Assembly: GCA_963789265.1 (NCBI GenBank)
Contig: CAWBKB010000001.1
Location: 192,001-256,000 of the forward strand
DNA: 64,000 nucleotides
Source of the DNA: an uncultured delta proteobacterium
GTDB lineage: Bacteria; Desulfobacterota; Desulfomonilia; Desulfomonilales; Desulfomonilaceae
Direction of reading: 5' to 3'
The notes under the pieces were generated by a model. The model saw only the letters and a list, made by a program, of their open reading frames with translations, searched no databases and was not told the DNA's origin. This document shows positions 31,471 to 42,584 of the stretch, piece by piece; positions within the stretch are counted from its first letter, which is position 1; each line of letters opens with the position of its first letter. Position numbers and translations under genes: made by a program.

Positions 31471-32223
31471 TCAGGATAACAGATCCGCCAGGTCCGTCAC
31501 CACCAAATCAGCCCCGTTTTCACGGAGAGCGTCGGCATCTCCCAGGCGATCAACGCCGATCACCAGCCCGAATTTGCCATTGCGGCCGGCCTGCACCCCG
31601 GAAAGGGCATCCTCCACCACCACGGCCCTTTGAGGTTCAACGCCGAGGATCTCCGCGGCTTTGAGGTAGGCATCCGGAGCCGGCTTCCCCTTCATGTTCA
31701 ACTTGTCGGTCATATTGCCATCAATTCGCGCCTCAAAGAGGTCCGCGAGGCCGGCAGCCTCAAGGACGACCTGGCAATGTTTGCTCGAGGAGACCACTGC
31801 CGTTTTGAGCCCTAACTCGCGGAGATGTCGGAGCCAGGCCACCGTCCCTGTGAAGACTTCGACACCCTCCGACTTCAAGTCTTTCTCGAACAGCTCGTCT
31901 TTGCGGTTTCCCAGACCACAAATCGTTTCTTTATCCGACGAGTCTTGAGGGTTTCCGTAGGGCAATCTGATGCCTCGTGAATCGAGAAAGCTTTGAACTC
32001 CCTCGTAGCGCGGTTTGCCGTCCACGTATTTTTCGTAGTCTGCCTGGAGATCGAATCGTTGGAAGGGCTCACCGGTCTTCCCGGCCCGTTTACTCAGTAA
32101 GGCATCGAATGTCTTCTTCCAACAAGCCGCGTGAAGTTTGGCGGTGTCGGTGATCACGCCGTCCAAATCAAACAGCACGGCATCGAACCGATTTCGGCTG
32201 ACTGCCTCCGTTTTGGGGTTCAT
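31471..32223 (-). CDS. beta-phosphoglucomutase-family HAD hydrolase
   Basis: FDLDGVITDT, YVDGKPR, GKPAPD, VVVEDA. Confidence 0.9.
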   Translation of the reverse strand: MNPKTEAVSRNRFDAVLFDLDGVITDTAKLHAACWKKTFDALLSKRAGKTGEPFQRFDLQADYEKYVDGKPRYEGVQSFLDSRGIRLPYGNPQDSSDKETICGLGNRKDELFEKDLKSEGVEVFTGTVAWLRHLRELGLKTAVVSSSKHCQVVLEAAGLADLFEARIDGNMTDKLNMKGKPAPDAYLKAAEILGVEPQRAVVVEDALSGVQAGRNGKFGLVIGVDRLGDADALRENGADLVVTDLADLLS

Positions 32224-32287
32224 AGGACTTTCCTTCCAAATACGACGCGAGAGGGGACGACCTCGATTGAAACACCCTCATGACATA

Positions 32288-32662
32288 GAACCGGCGCAAT
32301 CCATCTTCGCTTTCACTCTTATCCGGGTAAATTTCAGAATAAGTGCCTTCGAGGTAGGTGTGGGAATGAACGGCCGCTGCTCCGTGTCCCGGCCCCGAGA
32401 CAAACACCATATTCAGATCGTGTTTCTTAATCAACCGATTAAGGCGCACCCACGTGAATGTCCGGCCGTGGTTGCAGCACCAGCGGCCCAAAAGTCTACT
32501 CTCGACTTGCTCAATTTTCGGGAACTCTCTCAATCGCGCATTGTCACGCAGATAGATCGTGCCTACGCAAAGATTAGGCGTTGCTCGCCAATATGCGTCA
32601 ATTTTGCGCAATACCTCAGCGCTTAACGGTCCTTCAAACGGAAACGTGGCTGCTTCGGACAT
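32288..32662 (-). pseudogene. xfp: degenerate N-terminal fragment of phosphoketolase
   Basis: IDAYWRA..L.VG.IYLRDN, GPGHG, YLEGTYSEIYP; conserved LLGHWG changed to LLGRWC; truncated after ~125 codons. Confidence 0.85.
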
Positions 32663-32775
32663 GACGAGCTCGTTCCCCTGATGGTGTCCGGTTCGTAAGA
32701 GATCTTCGTCGCCGACGGCTAATTAGGTCCGCCGTTAGACGATCCGGCAGTTCGACATCGACTTTACGGTTCCAA

Positions 32776-33039
32776 TTACTCTGAAATGTCCTTTTTCATT
32801 TGCTCAAATTCTTCCTTGGAGATTTCGCCTTTCACGTAGCGCTTTTTCAAAATCTCTAATGGGGTCTCGGAAGCTTGTCGTTCCCCTGGGTAGGGCCCTC
32901 CAGTGGCTCTGACGCCTCCTCGGCCCGCAACGGCATAAATAAGGATTACGACAAGGATGACAAGTAATATCCATCCCCAGGGTATCATCCATATTCCCCA
33001 ACCCATCATGTCATGCATCCAACCATAGTGCGGTCCCAT
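32776..33039 (-). CDS. SHOCT-domain membrane protein
   Basis: MMGWG-type N-terminus, one TM, PLEILKKRYVKGEISKEEFE. Confidence 0.9.
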   Translation of the reverse strand: MGPHYGWMHDMMGWGIWMIPWGWILLVILVVILIYAVAGRGGVRATGGPYPGERQASETPLEILKKRYVKGEISKEEFEQMKKDISE

Positions 33040-33208
33040 GAGTCGCTCCCCTTTGGGAACTTTGTGTTGAAATGAATGGCCCACAAATTCGTATGCACTA
33101 GATAAAACAAAAGAACTGCTTCATGCTCATTTTGTGGATTAAGCAAACTGAATCTCCACCGCAAAATTAATTCCGGAGCCAAAAAAGTAGCTTTTCGAGT
33201 GATCCGAA

Positions 33209-33733
33209 TTATTTTGGCTTCTCAGTCGATTGTCCTTGAGTAACATTCTTCGCGCCTTCTTGGATTTTCTTGTTCCCTTCGGTCATCTTCTTTGCCGCTT
33301 CCGGAGCCTTATGCTCTTTCATCATTGTCATACCTTGGCCCATCATCTTTGACCCTTGCATCATCTGTTTGCACGATTGCATCATGGGATTCATCTTTTT
33401 CATCATCTCTTTGTTGCCGGTCATCTTTTGCTGAGCTTCAGAAAGCATCTTCTTGCCTTCCTGCATCATCGTGGAGCCGTCTTTCATCATTTGCTCAGCC
33501 TTGTCGACGTCCTTCTTGTTTTGGATCATTTTTGCCGCTTCCAGCATCTTTTGGGCCCCTTCTGTCATTTTCTTGGAGCCTTCCATAACAGATGATTTCA
33601 CTTTCGTGACGTTTTCAGGCATGGCAGCTTTCGATCCTGTTTGAGCCATCGCAGTCAAAAATGCTGCAACCACAAACAATCCGCAGGCGGCAACGATCGC
33701 GGTAATTCGGCCGAGCACACTTAACGTTTTCAT
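33209..33733 (-). CDS. periplasmic Met/Lys-rich helical protein (putative Cu/Ag binder)
   Basis: Signal peptide ending AMA; 24 Met in the ~145-aa mature chain in MxEGxKK heptads; divergent from the Cu ATPase. Confidence 0.75.
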   Translation of the reverse strand: MKTLSVLGRITAIVAACGLFVVAAFLTAMAQTGSKAAMPENVTKVKSSVMEGSKKMTEGAQKMLEAAKMIQNKKDVDKAEQMMKDGSTMMQEGKKMLSEAQQKMTGNKEMMKKMNPMMQSCKQMMQGSKMMGQGMTMMKEHKAPEAAKKMTEGNKKIQEGAKNVTQGQSTEKPK

Positions 33734-33886
33734 AATGATCCCCTCCGCTATAGAATTTGGTTTTTTGGACATTTATTTCAATTTCAAGTTCCGCTGTTCC
33801 TTAAGAAGAGCCCGGGTCAAAACTTGACAAAACGAACCAAGCACCCAATTTCCTCTTAAGATTCTCGCGGCGCAGGAGGTATCCTC

Positions 33887-36304
33887 ATGAGCGACGTAAG
33901 AGAAGAACCTGCGACCCCTAAGACCGCCGATTCAGTACCCTCCGTTCGTGCGAGGGCAAATTCCGAGTCTCATCACGAGATGGCGCCATCTGCTCAGGAA
34001 CGTTGCGAGCACTGCGATCCCGGTACGCCCTCGGACTGCTCTGTAAAATCTCGAGACAGGGGATCTCCTTCCGCAGGGTTGTACACCTGTCCGATGCATC
34101 CCGAAATCCGAGAGGAGAAACCTGGCGGTTGTCCGAAGTGCGGCATGGCGCTTGAGCCGATTTTTCCGCAAACGGGAGGCAAACGCACTGAATGGACTTG
34201 CCCCATGCACCCGGAAGTAGTGCAAGACAAGCCCGGTAACTGTCCGAAGTGCGGTATGGCGCTGGAACCGCGAAGTGTCCTATCCCAAGAAGAAGAGGAA
34301 AATCCTGAGCTGGTTGACATGCGCCGGAGATTTTGGGCGAGCATATTCCTGAGTGTTCCCGTATTCGTGCTGGCAATGGGGCACCTTATTCCGGGGAAGC
34401 CGCTCCAATATTTGGGCACTCCTGCAACTTTGAGGTGGGTCGAATTCATACTTGCTACGCCCGCGGTTCTATGGTGCGGCTGGCCGCTCTTGGTGCGAGG
34501 TTGGCAATCGCTCGTTAACCGCAGCCTGAACATGTTCACCCTCATCGGGCTCGGCGTTGGCATGGCATATTCCTACAGCGTGGTCGCGCTGTGGCTTCCC
34601 GGCATTTTTCCTCGCTCGTTCCGCAGCCCGGCAGGTTTGGTGGAAGTCTATTTCGAAGCTGCAGCAATGATTGTCACTCTGGTTTTGTTGGGCCAGGTTC
34701 TGGAGCTCAAAGCCCGCAGTCAAACCAGCTCGGCAATCAAGGAATTACTTGGGATGGCTCCCAAAAAGGCTAGAATCATCCGAGATGACGGAACTGAAGA
34801 AGACGTGCCTCTGGAAGAAGTTCAGGTGGGTGATCGCCTGAGAGTCCGACCAGGCGAGAAAATCCCGGTGGATGGCACCGTAGCGGAAGGCTCAAGTTCC
34901 GTGGATGAGTCAATGGTGACTGGGGAGCCGATTCCTGTGGAAAAGGGACCTGACGATAAGGTGATCGGCGCAACGGTGAACGGCAGCGGCTCTCTCATCA
35001 TGAGAGCAGAGCGGGTCGGATCGGAGACTCTGCTCGCCCGGATCGTTCAGATGGTATCCGAGGCCCAACGCAGCCGGGCGCCTATTCAGAAGTTGGCCGA
35101 TGTTGTCGCCGGGTACTTTGTTCCCACAGTGGTGGGCATCGCTGTCGTCACATTCATAGTTTGGGCTTTGGTCGGGCCTGATCCTCGCATGGCTCACGCA
35201 TTGGTAAACGCAGTCGCGGTTCTGATCATTGCTTGTCCGTGCGCCCTGGGTTTGGCCACCCCGATGTCGATCATGGTCGCAACGGGCAAGGGAGCCACTT
35301 TAGGTGTGCTGTTCAAGAATGCCGAAGCGATAGAGGTCATGAGGCAGGTCAACACGCTCGTGGTGGACAAGACCGGAACACTCACCGAAGGCAAACCCAA
35401 ACTGGTTGATGTTGCGGTGACCGACACCCGGGACGAACAGGCGATCCTGGGCCTGGCCGCGAGCCTGGAGAGAGGGAGCGAACATCCTCTGGCCGCGGCC
35501 ATAGTAGACGGAGCACAAGCAAAGGGAGCTCGTCTTTCGCATGTCGAAAATTTCGAGTCTCGGACTGGAAAAGGAGTGATCGGTAGGGTCGATGGTCGCA
35601 CCGTGGCACTCGGAAATCGAAAGCTTGTCGACGAACTTGGAGTAGAGGTTGGATCGCTTGTCGAAAAGTCCGAGGCTATGCGTGGTCAAGGACAGACCGT
35701 CATGTATTTGATCGTTGATAACGAGCCTGCAGCCTTGCTCGGCGTTGCCGATCCCATAAAAGAAACGACGCCGAACGCGATTGAAGCCCTGCACCGTGAA
35801 GGAATGGAAATTGTGATGATCACCGGCGACAGTAAAACAACGGCGTCTGCCGTGGCAGGGAAGCTCGGCATTGACCAGGTCATGGCTGAAGTGCTGCCGG
35901 ACCAGAAGGCTGCTGCGGTCAAGAAGCTGCAAGGGGAGGGACGTATCGTGGCTATGGCCGGCGATGGAATCAACGATGCCCCCGCTCTGGCGCAAGCCCA
36001 AGTGGGCATCGCTATGGGGACCGGCACGGATGTTGCCATGGAGAGCGCGGGGGTCACCTTGGTCAAAGGCGATCTGACAGGCATTGTGCGTGCCAGGAAG
36101 CTGAGTCGAGCGACCATGCGAAATATCAAGCAGAACCTGTTCTTCGCGTTCGTGTACAACTCAATAGGGGTACCCGTTGCCGCAGGTGTGCTGTACCCCT
36201 TCTTCGGCATTTTGCTCAGTCCGATTATCGCTGCTGCGGCCATGAGCTTCAGTTCAGTCTCGGTCGTGGGCAACGCCCTGAGACTGCGCCGTCTGTCTGT
36301 TTGA
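33887..36304 (+). CDS. copA: Cu(I)/Ag(I)-translocating P1B-type ATPase
   Basis: Two TCPMHP...CPKCGM domains, TGE, CPCALG, DKTGT, EHP, GDGIND, YN and MSFSS. Confidence 0.93.
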   Translation: MSDVREEPATPKTADSVPSVRARANSESHHEMAPSAQERCEHCDPGTPSDCSVKSRDRGSPSAGLYTCPMHPEIREEKPGGCPKCGMALEPIFPQTGGKRTEWTCPMHPEVVQDKPGNCPKCGMALEPRSVLSQEEEENPELVDMRRRFWASIFLSVPVFVLAMGHLIPGKPLQYLGTPATLRWVEFILATPAVLWCGWPLLVRGWQSLVNRSLNMFTLIGLGVGMAYSYSVVALWLPGIFPRSFRSPAGLVEVYFEAAAMIVTLVLLGQVLELKARSQTSSAIKELLGMAPKKARIIRDDGTEEDVPLEEVQVGDRLRVRPGEKIPVDGTVAEGSSSVDESMVTGEPIPVEKGPDDKVIGATVNGSGSLIMRAERVGSETLLARIVQMVSEAQRSRAPIQKLADVVAGYFVPTVVGIAVVTFIVWALVGPDPRMAHALVNAVAVLIIACPCALGLATPMSIMVATGKGATLGVLFKNAEAIEVMRQVNTLVVDKTGTLTEGKPKLVDVAVTDTRDEQAILGLAASLERGSEHPLAAAIVDGAQAKGARLSHVENFESRTGKGVIGRVDGRTVALGNRKLVDELGVEVGSLVEKSEAMRGQGQTVMYLIVDNEPAALLGVADPIKETTPNAIEALHREGMEIVMITGDSKTTASAVAGKLGIDQVMAEVLPDQKAAAVKKLQGEGRIVAMAGDGINDAPALAQAQVGIAMGTGTDVAMESAGVTLVKGDLTGIVRARKLSRATMRNIKQNLFFAFVYNSIGVPVAAGVLYPFFGILLSPIIAAAAMSFSSVSVVGNALRLRRLSV

Positions 36305-36366
36305 GATCCACTCGACGTGGCAAGCTCGATCCTGAGAAGGTTTGCCAATGGGAGGGCAGCGGATCT

Positions 36367-37035
36367 ATGATTCGTGGATTAGACAAAATCAAATTGATTC
36401 AAATTTACGATCGCGTAGCAAGACACTACGATTATCAGCACGCATTCCTGACTGCGCGGTCGGATCAGAAGGGGCGTCGAGTCGTCGTAGCTAAGACGGT
36501 ACACCCGAAAAACACCGTTCTGGACATTGGGGCCGGCACCGGCAGTACAGGCCTGTTAGCAGCGGAAAAAGTGGGGCCGAAAGGCCGGGTCGTTCTGCTG
36601 GACCAAAGCAGTGTGATGTTGGATGTTGCCCGAGAAAAAGCGGCATCAATGGGGTTGACGGATCGTACGCATTTTCTAAGAGGTGACATCATGAGGTTGC
36701 CGTTTCGAGACGGCCTCTTCGACGTCGTGCTGTCCACATATAGTGTGTGTCCGCTCGCGAATCCTGCAGCAGGAGCGCTGGAAGCTTTCCGAGTCTTGAA
36801 ACCGGGGGGCTGGTTGGCATTTGCACACTCCACGGAACCGGCAAATCCATTGATTCGTCGAATCGCACGATGGGTTGAGGCGGCTGTATGGCGCTTGCCG
36901 TCCATTTCACTCGGTTGCCGTCCGGTGTCCGTGCTGCCGGCTCTCGAGATGGCGGGGGCTGAGTTAGTATTCAGTAAAATCATCGGCGTACCCTTGTGGC
37001 CCTTTCTTGTCATTGTCGTTCGAAAGCCGCTTTGA
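36367..37035 (+). CDS. class I SAM-dependent methyltransferase (UbiE-like)
   Basis: VLDIGAGTG, LPFRDGLFDVV, RVLKPGG. Confidence 0.9.
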   Translation: MIRGLDKIKLIQIYDRVARHYDYQHAFLTARSDQKGRRVVVAKTVHPKNTVLDIGAGTGSTGLLAAEKVGPKGRVVLLDQSSVMLDVAREKAASMGLTDRTHFLRGDIMRLPFRDGLFDVVLSTYSVCPLANPAAGALEAFRVLKPGGWLAFAHSTEPANPLIRRIARWVEAAVWRLPSISLGCRPVSVLPALEMAGAELVFSKIIGVPLWPFLVIVVRKPL

Positions 37036-37484
37036 CCTTGGGGACATTAGGAATCGAGTAGGGCCGCACGTCGTCGTTGTCCCTCGCATCGCGGGGTCGG
37101 GCATGGCCCTAGTTGTCTTGTATCCTGTTCCAAGAAGTGCTTGCCCTTTCGACCCGTACGTCGGCAGTGAAGAGGCAGAGGAAACGAGAAATTCTCCGCG
37201 ATCTCCGCTGTGAACTATTTCGATTCCTGGTAATTGACTTACCGGCCAATGACCTTTATGATGAACTATCGCTCCATGATAAGATGATGAAATGTTACCG
37301 CGAGCGAGTGTTGAAAAAACTAAATCGTAAGCTGGCATAATTGGTCAGCCTTAACGTCATCATTATGTTGCGCTCTGCGCATGTAGAATTGATCGGTTGG
37401 CAATATAATATGCGTATTTCTCCGAGTCCTATCACAGATTGTGGAAGAAACGACCGGCTTCCGAGCCGCTGACGGAGAAAACCT

Positions 37485-37979
37485 ATGAAATATCCTGTCT
37501 TCCGAGCCGGTGAGATCCTGGACATGGCCGTCCAAATAGAGCGACAGGGCATACAATTTTATGAAGTGTGCGCATCGACAAGATTGTCCGAAGACGTTTT
37601 GAAGGTCTTCAGGCACTTGATGGAGCAGGAGCAGTTGCACGTCGAAATATTTTCCGAGATGAAAGTAGGGCTCGACAATTATTATCTTCCGGAAACGTAC
37701 ACGGGAGAATTGCGAAGCTATGTGGATAGCTTCGTCAAGGATCAGGTTTTTTACGGACCGGCAGAAGCTTTACGGCAGGCTAACAGCATTGAAGATGTAT
37801 TCCAAGCCATAGAGTTCGGCATCGACTTTGAGCAGCGCTCAATACTGTTTTACTCCGCCATCAAGGAAGTGATTCGTCGTTCCGAAACCAAAGTGGTTGA
37901 CGATGTGATCTCTCAGGAACACGGTCACATACGGTCACTCCTAGCGTTGCGCCACCAGTTGGAGCTGAGGAGTGCTTGA
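37485..37979 (+). CDS. ferritin-like/rubrerythrin-family protein
   Basis: MAVQIERQG..FY, EQLH, FEQRSILFY, EHGH. Confidence 0.88.
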   Translation: MKYPVFRAGEILDMAVQIERQGIQFYEVCASTRLSEDVLKVFRHLMEQEQLHVEIFSEMKVGLDNYYLPETYTGELRSYVDSFVKDQVFYGPAEALRQANSIEDVFQAIEFGIDFEQRSILFYSAIKEVIRRSETKVVDDVISQEHGHIRSLLALRHQLELRSA

Positions 37980-39040
37980 ACGGAGAGGGCATGCAAGCCT
38001 ATGTAGTCTCACACGAGGACTGGAACATCTTCCTGACTCGCCTCGTGGAAGCCGGGACAGTCTTCGGTCCTCGCGAACGGCCGGACCAGCCGGGATTTCA
38101 TCATTTTGATCGTTTGAACGATCCGCTGGATCTGACTCTAGACTACGTGACCACAACTATTCCCCCTAAAAAGGTCTTTTTCCCTCCGATTGAGACTCTG
38201 TTCTCTTTTACTGAGAATGGAGCGCTTTCCGTCAATCGCATCCGAGAATACACTCCATTCACTCTGATCGGTGTTCATCCTTGCGATCTGGAAGCGATAG
38301 ACGCGCTGGACGCGGCGTACTCGTATCCTCCAGCCGAAATAAGATGGGCCGACAACAGAAATCGTGCCACTATTATCGGGGTTGATTGTCTGCCCGACGA
38401 GTATTGCTTTTGTACCTCAATCGGAACCGGCGGATCTCGTAAAACCTGTGATCTGTTCCTAACGCCAATCGATGATGCTTACCTCGTCGAAGTACACACG
38501 CTGACCGGTCAGAGGCTTCTAGAAGGTACCCCGAAAGCTCCAGCCAGTGTCCGTGATATGGACGAAGGCGACCGTTGGCGCTCGGAAAAAACTGCACGGA
38601 TGACCGCTTCTTTGGCTGCTCCGATACCCGAGTTCGCGAAGATCCTTGACCGCGGCGGGCTTACACCCGTATGGGAAGAGATTGCGTCACGGTGCTACAG
38701 TTGCGGGTCGTGCAACACGACCTGTCCCACCTGTTTCTGTTTCAACATGCACGACGAATTCGACTTGACACTCGCCGCGGGTGTACGGAAGCGCTCATGG
38801 GATTCCTGTCAACTTCTGGAGTTCGCTTTGGTTGCGGGCGGTCACAACTTTCGTGGTGAACGCTGGCAACGGGTGCGGCATCGTTGGCACCGCAAGTTCC
38901 TCTACCTTTATAGGCGGCTGGGTCGCCCGTACTGTGCTGGCTGCGGTCGTTGTAGCCGGGCCTGTACCGCGGACATCAACATAGTGGACGTTTCAAACCA
39001 GCTCATAAGCTATTCTCGGAACGGGGGCCGCAATGCCTGA
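37976..39040 (+). CDS. hydB: group 3b [NiFe] hydrogenase beta subunit (4Fe-4S)
   Basis: GVHPCDL, CFC, CYSCGSCNTTCPTCFC, CAGCGRCSRAC. Confidence 0.88.
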   Translation: MNGEGMQAYVVSHEDWNIFLTRLVEAGTVFGPRERPDQPGFHHFDRLNDPLDLTLDYVTTTIPPKKVFFPPIETLFSFTENGALSVNRIREYTPFTLIGVHPCDLEAIDALDAAYSYPPAEIRWADNRNRATIIGVDCLPDEYCFCTSIGTGGSRKTCDLFLTPIDDAYLVEVHTLTGQRLLEGTPKAPASVRDMDEGDRWRSEKTARMTASLAAPIPEFAKILDRGGLTPVWEEIASRCYSCGSCNTTCPTCFCFNMHDEFDLTLAAGVRKRSWDSCQLLEFALVAGGHNFRGERWQRVRHRWHRKFLYLYRRLGRPYCAGCGRCSRACTADINIVDVSNQLISYSRNGGRNA

Positions 39041-39920
39041 GAGCGCCACAGAGGGGCCCGACGCAGGGCAGGGCGTATTCTATGAGCCGCAATTGGCTAT
39101 GGTTGCCAGGGCTTACGTAATGAGGCCCACGGAAGGCTTCCTGGAAATAGAATTGTACGACGGTAGCCCATTGAACCACCTGCCCGGGCAATTCGTCATG
39201 GTATCCGTCTTCGGCCACGGTGAAGCGCCAATATCCATTTGCTCTTCCCCGACTCACGAAGAAAGCTTTGAGCTGTGCGTAAGGGCGGTAGGCAATTTGA
39301 GCCGCGCAGTGGACGCGGTTTGCGCTGGCGACCTGATCGGAATCAGAGGGCCGTACGGCCGAGGCTTTCCCGTTGTTGAAATGCGAGGTCGAGACGTCCT
39401 GGCCATCGCTGGAGGAATTGGCATAGCCCCTCTCAGATCCCTCATAACTTATGTGCTGGATAACCGCGAGGATTACGGGAGGCTGATTATAGTTTACGGC
39501 GCGAGGAGCCCTTCAACCCTGCTTTTTCACGATGATCTTGAGAAGTGGTCGAAGGCTCCCGGCGTGAAGTTATACGTGACAGTCGATCAACCGGATGACA
39601 CGTGGACGGGGAGAACAGGCGTTTTAACGTTGCCTCTCCGAGAAATCGAGCTGAATTCCGGTCACGGGATGGCAGTCGCGGCTGTTGGGCCGCCTGTGAT
39701 GTACCGGTTTGTTGCGATGGAACTGCTCAAAAGAGGACTCAGTGAGAATCAGATATATTTTTCTCTGGAAAGACAGTTCAAGTGTGGAATCGGGAAATGC
39801 GGGCACTGTCAGCTTAACGATGTTTATGTGTGTCAGGATGGACCCGTGTTCCGTTATTCGGACCTCCTCGGGCGCATCGAGGCCGTTGAAGCATGGGCAC
39901 CGGAAAAGGATCAAGATTAG
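39033..39920 (+). CDS. hydG: group 3b hydrogenase gamma subunit (FAD/NAD(P)-binding)
   Basis: PGQFVM, GEAPISI, RGPYG, AGGIGIAPL, KCGIGKCGHC, VCQDGPVF. Confidence 0.9.
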   Translation: MPESATEGPDAGQGVFYEPQLAMVARAYVMRPTEGFLEIELYDGSPLNHLPGQFVMVSVFGHGEAPISICSSPTHEESFELCVRAVGNLSRAVDAVCAGDLIGIRGPYGRGFPVVEMRGRDVLAIAGGIGIAPLRSLITYVLDNREDYGRLIIVYGARSPSTLLFHDDLEKWSKAPGVKLYVTVDQPDDTWTGRTGVLTLPLREIELNSGHGMAVAAVGPPVMYRFVAMELLKRGLSENQIYFSLERQFKCGIGKCGHCQLNDVYVCQDGPVFRYSDLLGRIEAVEAWAPEKDQD

Positions 39921-39939
39921 CGCCGAGGAAAACGGTCAC

Positions 39940-40130
39940 CCTGTGGGGCGGACTTTCCAGTCCGCCAAATCTAAGACAAGAAACCACAGACTGGAAAGTC
40001 TGCGCCACAAGCAGGATAGCAAGGAGTGCAATTTGGTTCGTCGGACGGGCATCTTGCCCGTCATCCTTGGTAGACGGAGTCTGTCCCGCGTCTCTCGGGA
40101 CTTTCCCACCATTCGCTCCTCGCAATGACA
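39940..40130. repeat. cluster of REP-like palindromes inside the hydrogenase operon
   Basis: GTGGGGCGGACTTTCCAGTC...GACTGGAAAGTCTGCGCCAC; GACGGGCATCTTGCCCGTC; CTCCTCGCAATGAC. Confidence 0.65.
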
Positions 40131-40182
40131 GAGGACATAAGGTTCGCCGCTTACGTGATAGGGTACGAACAGCGAAGGGAGT

Positions 40183-41037
40183 TTGATTTTGCAGGTAGCC
40201 AACAGACCGCGAGTAGCTTTCTTTGATTTCGCCTGCTGCGAAGGCTGCCAATTGACGGTGTTGCAGCTTGAAGAAAAACTGATTGAAATTGTCAAGCATG
40301 TAGAGATAGTCACCTGGCGCGAGGTTATGTCGGATGAAAGCCAAGAATACGACATTGCCTTTTGTGAAGGAAGTGTAACACGACAAGAGGATATTGACCG
40401 TATAAAACAAATCCGAGAGAGAGCTAAAACTCTTGTCTCCCTCGGAGCCTGCGCAAGCATCGGTTGCCATAACGCGTTGAAGAACACGCAGCCAATGGAA
40501 AAAATGCTCGAAATTGTATACGGCAGCGAGTCTCGTCACTTCGACACTGTGCCCGCACGTCCGATTTCTGCTGTCGTCCCCGTTGATTATCAGATCCAAG
40601 GGTGCCCTGTTAGCTTGCCGGAATTCTTAACAGTGTTCAAACACATCCTCACAGGACAAACGTACCATCCTCCAAACCAGCCGGTCTGCGTAGAGTGCAA
40701 GTTGAATGACCATGTCTGCGTTTACGAAAAAGGCATTGTTTGTCTCGGCCCGCTGACACGCTGCGGATGCAATGCGATCTGCACCGCGTACGGCGATCCG
40801 TGTCAGGGGTGCCGAGGCTTCATGGATCAGGCGAACCTCAAGGCAATATCGACGGTCCTCTCCCGGGAACGGCTCCATGCCATCATGGACGCGGTGGCAA
40901 AGAAGAACGCCCTCACGGCAGAGGGGATCCGGGATAAATTCTCCGTATACAACAATTGGCCTGATTTACGACTCGAGGAGATTTCCGCCAATGACCACGG
41001 ACGCCAAGATCAAAGTGCACCACATCACAAGAGTTGA
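40183..41037 (+). CDS. hydD: group 3b hydrogenase delta (small) subunit
   Basis: FACCEGCQ, SLGACA, GCP, VCVECK, CLGPLTRCGCNAIC, CQGCRG. Confidence 0.88.
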   Translation: MILQVANRPRVAFFDFACCEGCQLTVLQLEEKLIEIVKHVEIVTWREVMSDESQEYDIAFCEGSVTRQEDIDRIKQIRERAKTLVSLGACASIGCHNALKNTQPMEKMLEIVYGSESRHFDTVPARPISAVVPVDYQIQGCPVSLPEFLTVFKHILTGQTYHPPNQPVCVECKLNDHVCVYEKGIVCLGPLTRCGCNAICTAYGDPCQGCRGFMDQANLKAISTVLSRERLHAIMDAVAKKNALTAEGIRDKFSVYNNWPDLRLEEISANDHGRQDQSAPHHKS

Positions 41038-42281
41038 AGGACACGGCGACATTTCCGCCGAGATCAAAGACGGCCGACTGGTGGATGTGCGATTCGCCAT
41101 AGTTGAAGCTCCGCGGCTTTTTGAAGCCTTTCTCCTGGGACGGTCCTATGACGAGGTCACCCATATTGCGCCCAGAGTTTGCGGTATATGTTCGGTAAGC
41201 CACAAGTGCGCGGCTCTGAAGGCAACTGAAACCGCTCTGGGAGTGGATATCCCCGAACAGACCCTCTTGTTGCGGCGGCTTGCTTTTCACGGAGAAGTGA
41301 TAAGTAGCCACATTTTGCATATCTACTTCCTGGCCGGACCGGACTTCTTCAATGTGACGAGTGTCTTCCCGCTCGTTGAGAGCAACCCGGACGTAGTGCG
41401 ACGAGCCATGCGCATGAAGAAGCTGGCTTATGACCTTTGTGCCACGGTTCTTGGCAGACACACACATCCGGTTGCCATGACTGTAGGCGGCTTCAGTTTT
41501 GTTCATTCGGAAAGTAGGCTCGCTGCAATGAGGGAACGGTTGGAGGAGGGGTTGGAGGACATAAAAGCCACCGTAAAGTTGTTCAAAGCTGTAAATCTTC
41601 CTGAATTCGAGCGTGAAACGCAGTACGTTTCGCTCAAGCATCCGGCGCACTATGCATTCTATGACGGCGATCTGTTTTGCAGCGATGGCGAATCCGTGCC
41701 AGTCGATCGGTACCGGGAGGTACATACACGAACAGGTCGTCTCTTATTCTACTGCCAAGCACGCGGACCGGCATCGGTCGCAGTACATGGTGGGAGCCTT
41801 GGCTCGTGTCAACAACAACCGCGGGCAACTCAGTCCTCTCGCGCTGGAAGCCGCCCATGATCTAGGAATTAAGCTGCCGTGCTACAATCCGTATGCGAAC
41901 ACTTTCGCGCAAATTGTGGAATGTGCCCATTGCCTTGAAGACGGTATTCACATCATTGACATGCTTTGCGAGCGAGGGATTAGAGCGGAAGAAGAGCAGG
42001 TGGAAGTTGCGACTCGCTCCGGCAGCGGAGTAGGAGCCGTCGAGGCCCCTCGCGGCACTCTGTTCCACGAATACGAATACGGGGCTGACGGCAAATGTAT
42101 TGCAGCAAACCTGGTCATTCCCACTGCACAAAATTTGGCGAACCTCGAGGCGGACATGCGTGCGTATGTTCCGGCGATTATCGAACAAACCAAGGACTCC
42201 ATTACCCACAAGCTGGAAATGCTCGTCCGCGCATACGATCCTTGCATTTCCTGCTCTACGCACGTCATTTTAGCAACGTAA
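40991..42281 (+). CDS. hydA: group 3b [NiFe] hydrogenase alpha (large) subunit, frameshifted near 41719
   Basis: TRVEGHG, RVCGIC (L1), EAPRG.L.H, RAYDPCISCSTH (L2). Confidence 0.92.
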
Positions 42282-42538
42282 TACCAATGCGCAATCAAAC
42301 AAGTGACAATTGCGGCGTGGATATGGTGGGGCATCCCGCGCGGAACGCGGGACTGCCTGCCATTCGTCACCCCGGACTCCGATCCGAGCATGGTAGGGGC
42401 GAATGGCATTCGCCCTGGGCGACCGCCGGTCGCCCCTACATTGCCCCGAGTACGCGGGCATGACGACAGGCAATCACGCCCGGGCGTGCCTGTCCCACCA
42501 AGAACAGGGTGTTACTTGTTTGAAGGAGAATCGGTGTA
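42279..42538. mobile_element. TA-terminated MITE beginning at the hydA stop codon
   Basis: TAATACCAATGCGCAATCAAACAAGTGACA...GTGTTACTTGTTTGAAGGAGAATCGGTGTA. Confidence 0.75.
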
Positions 42539-42584
42539 GGATCTTGGAAGGAGACGGTTCCAAGATTGGCTGAACGACGGGGCA

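Noticed and set aside
37113..37340. Hydrogenase maturation protease remnant
   Set aside because: No recognisable motif and no clear start.
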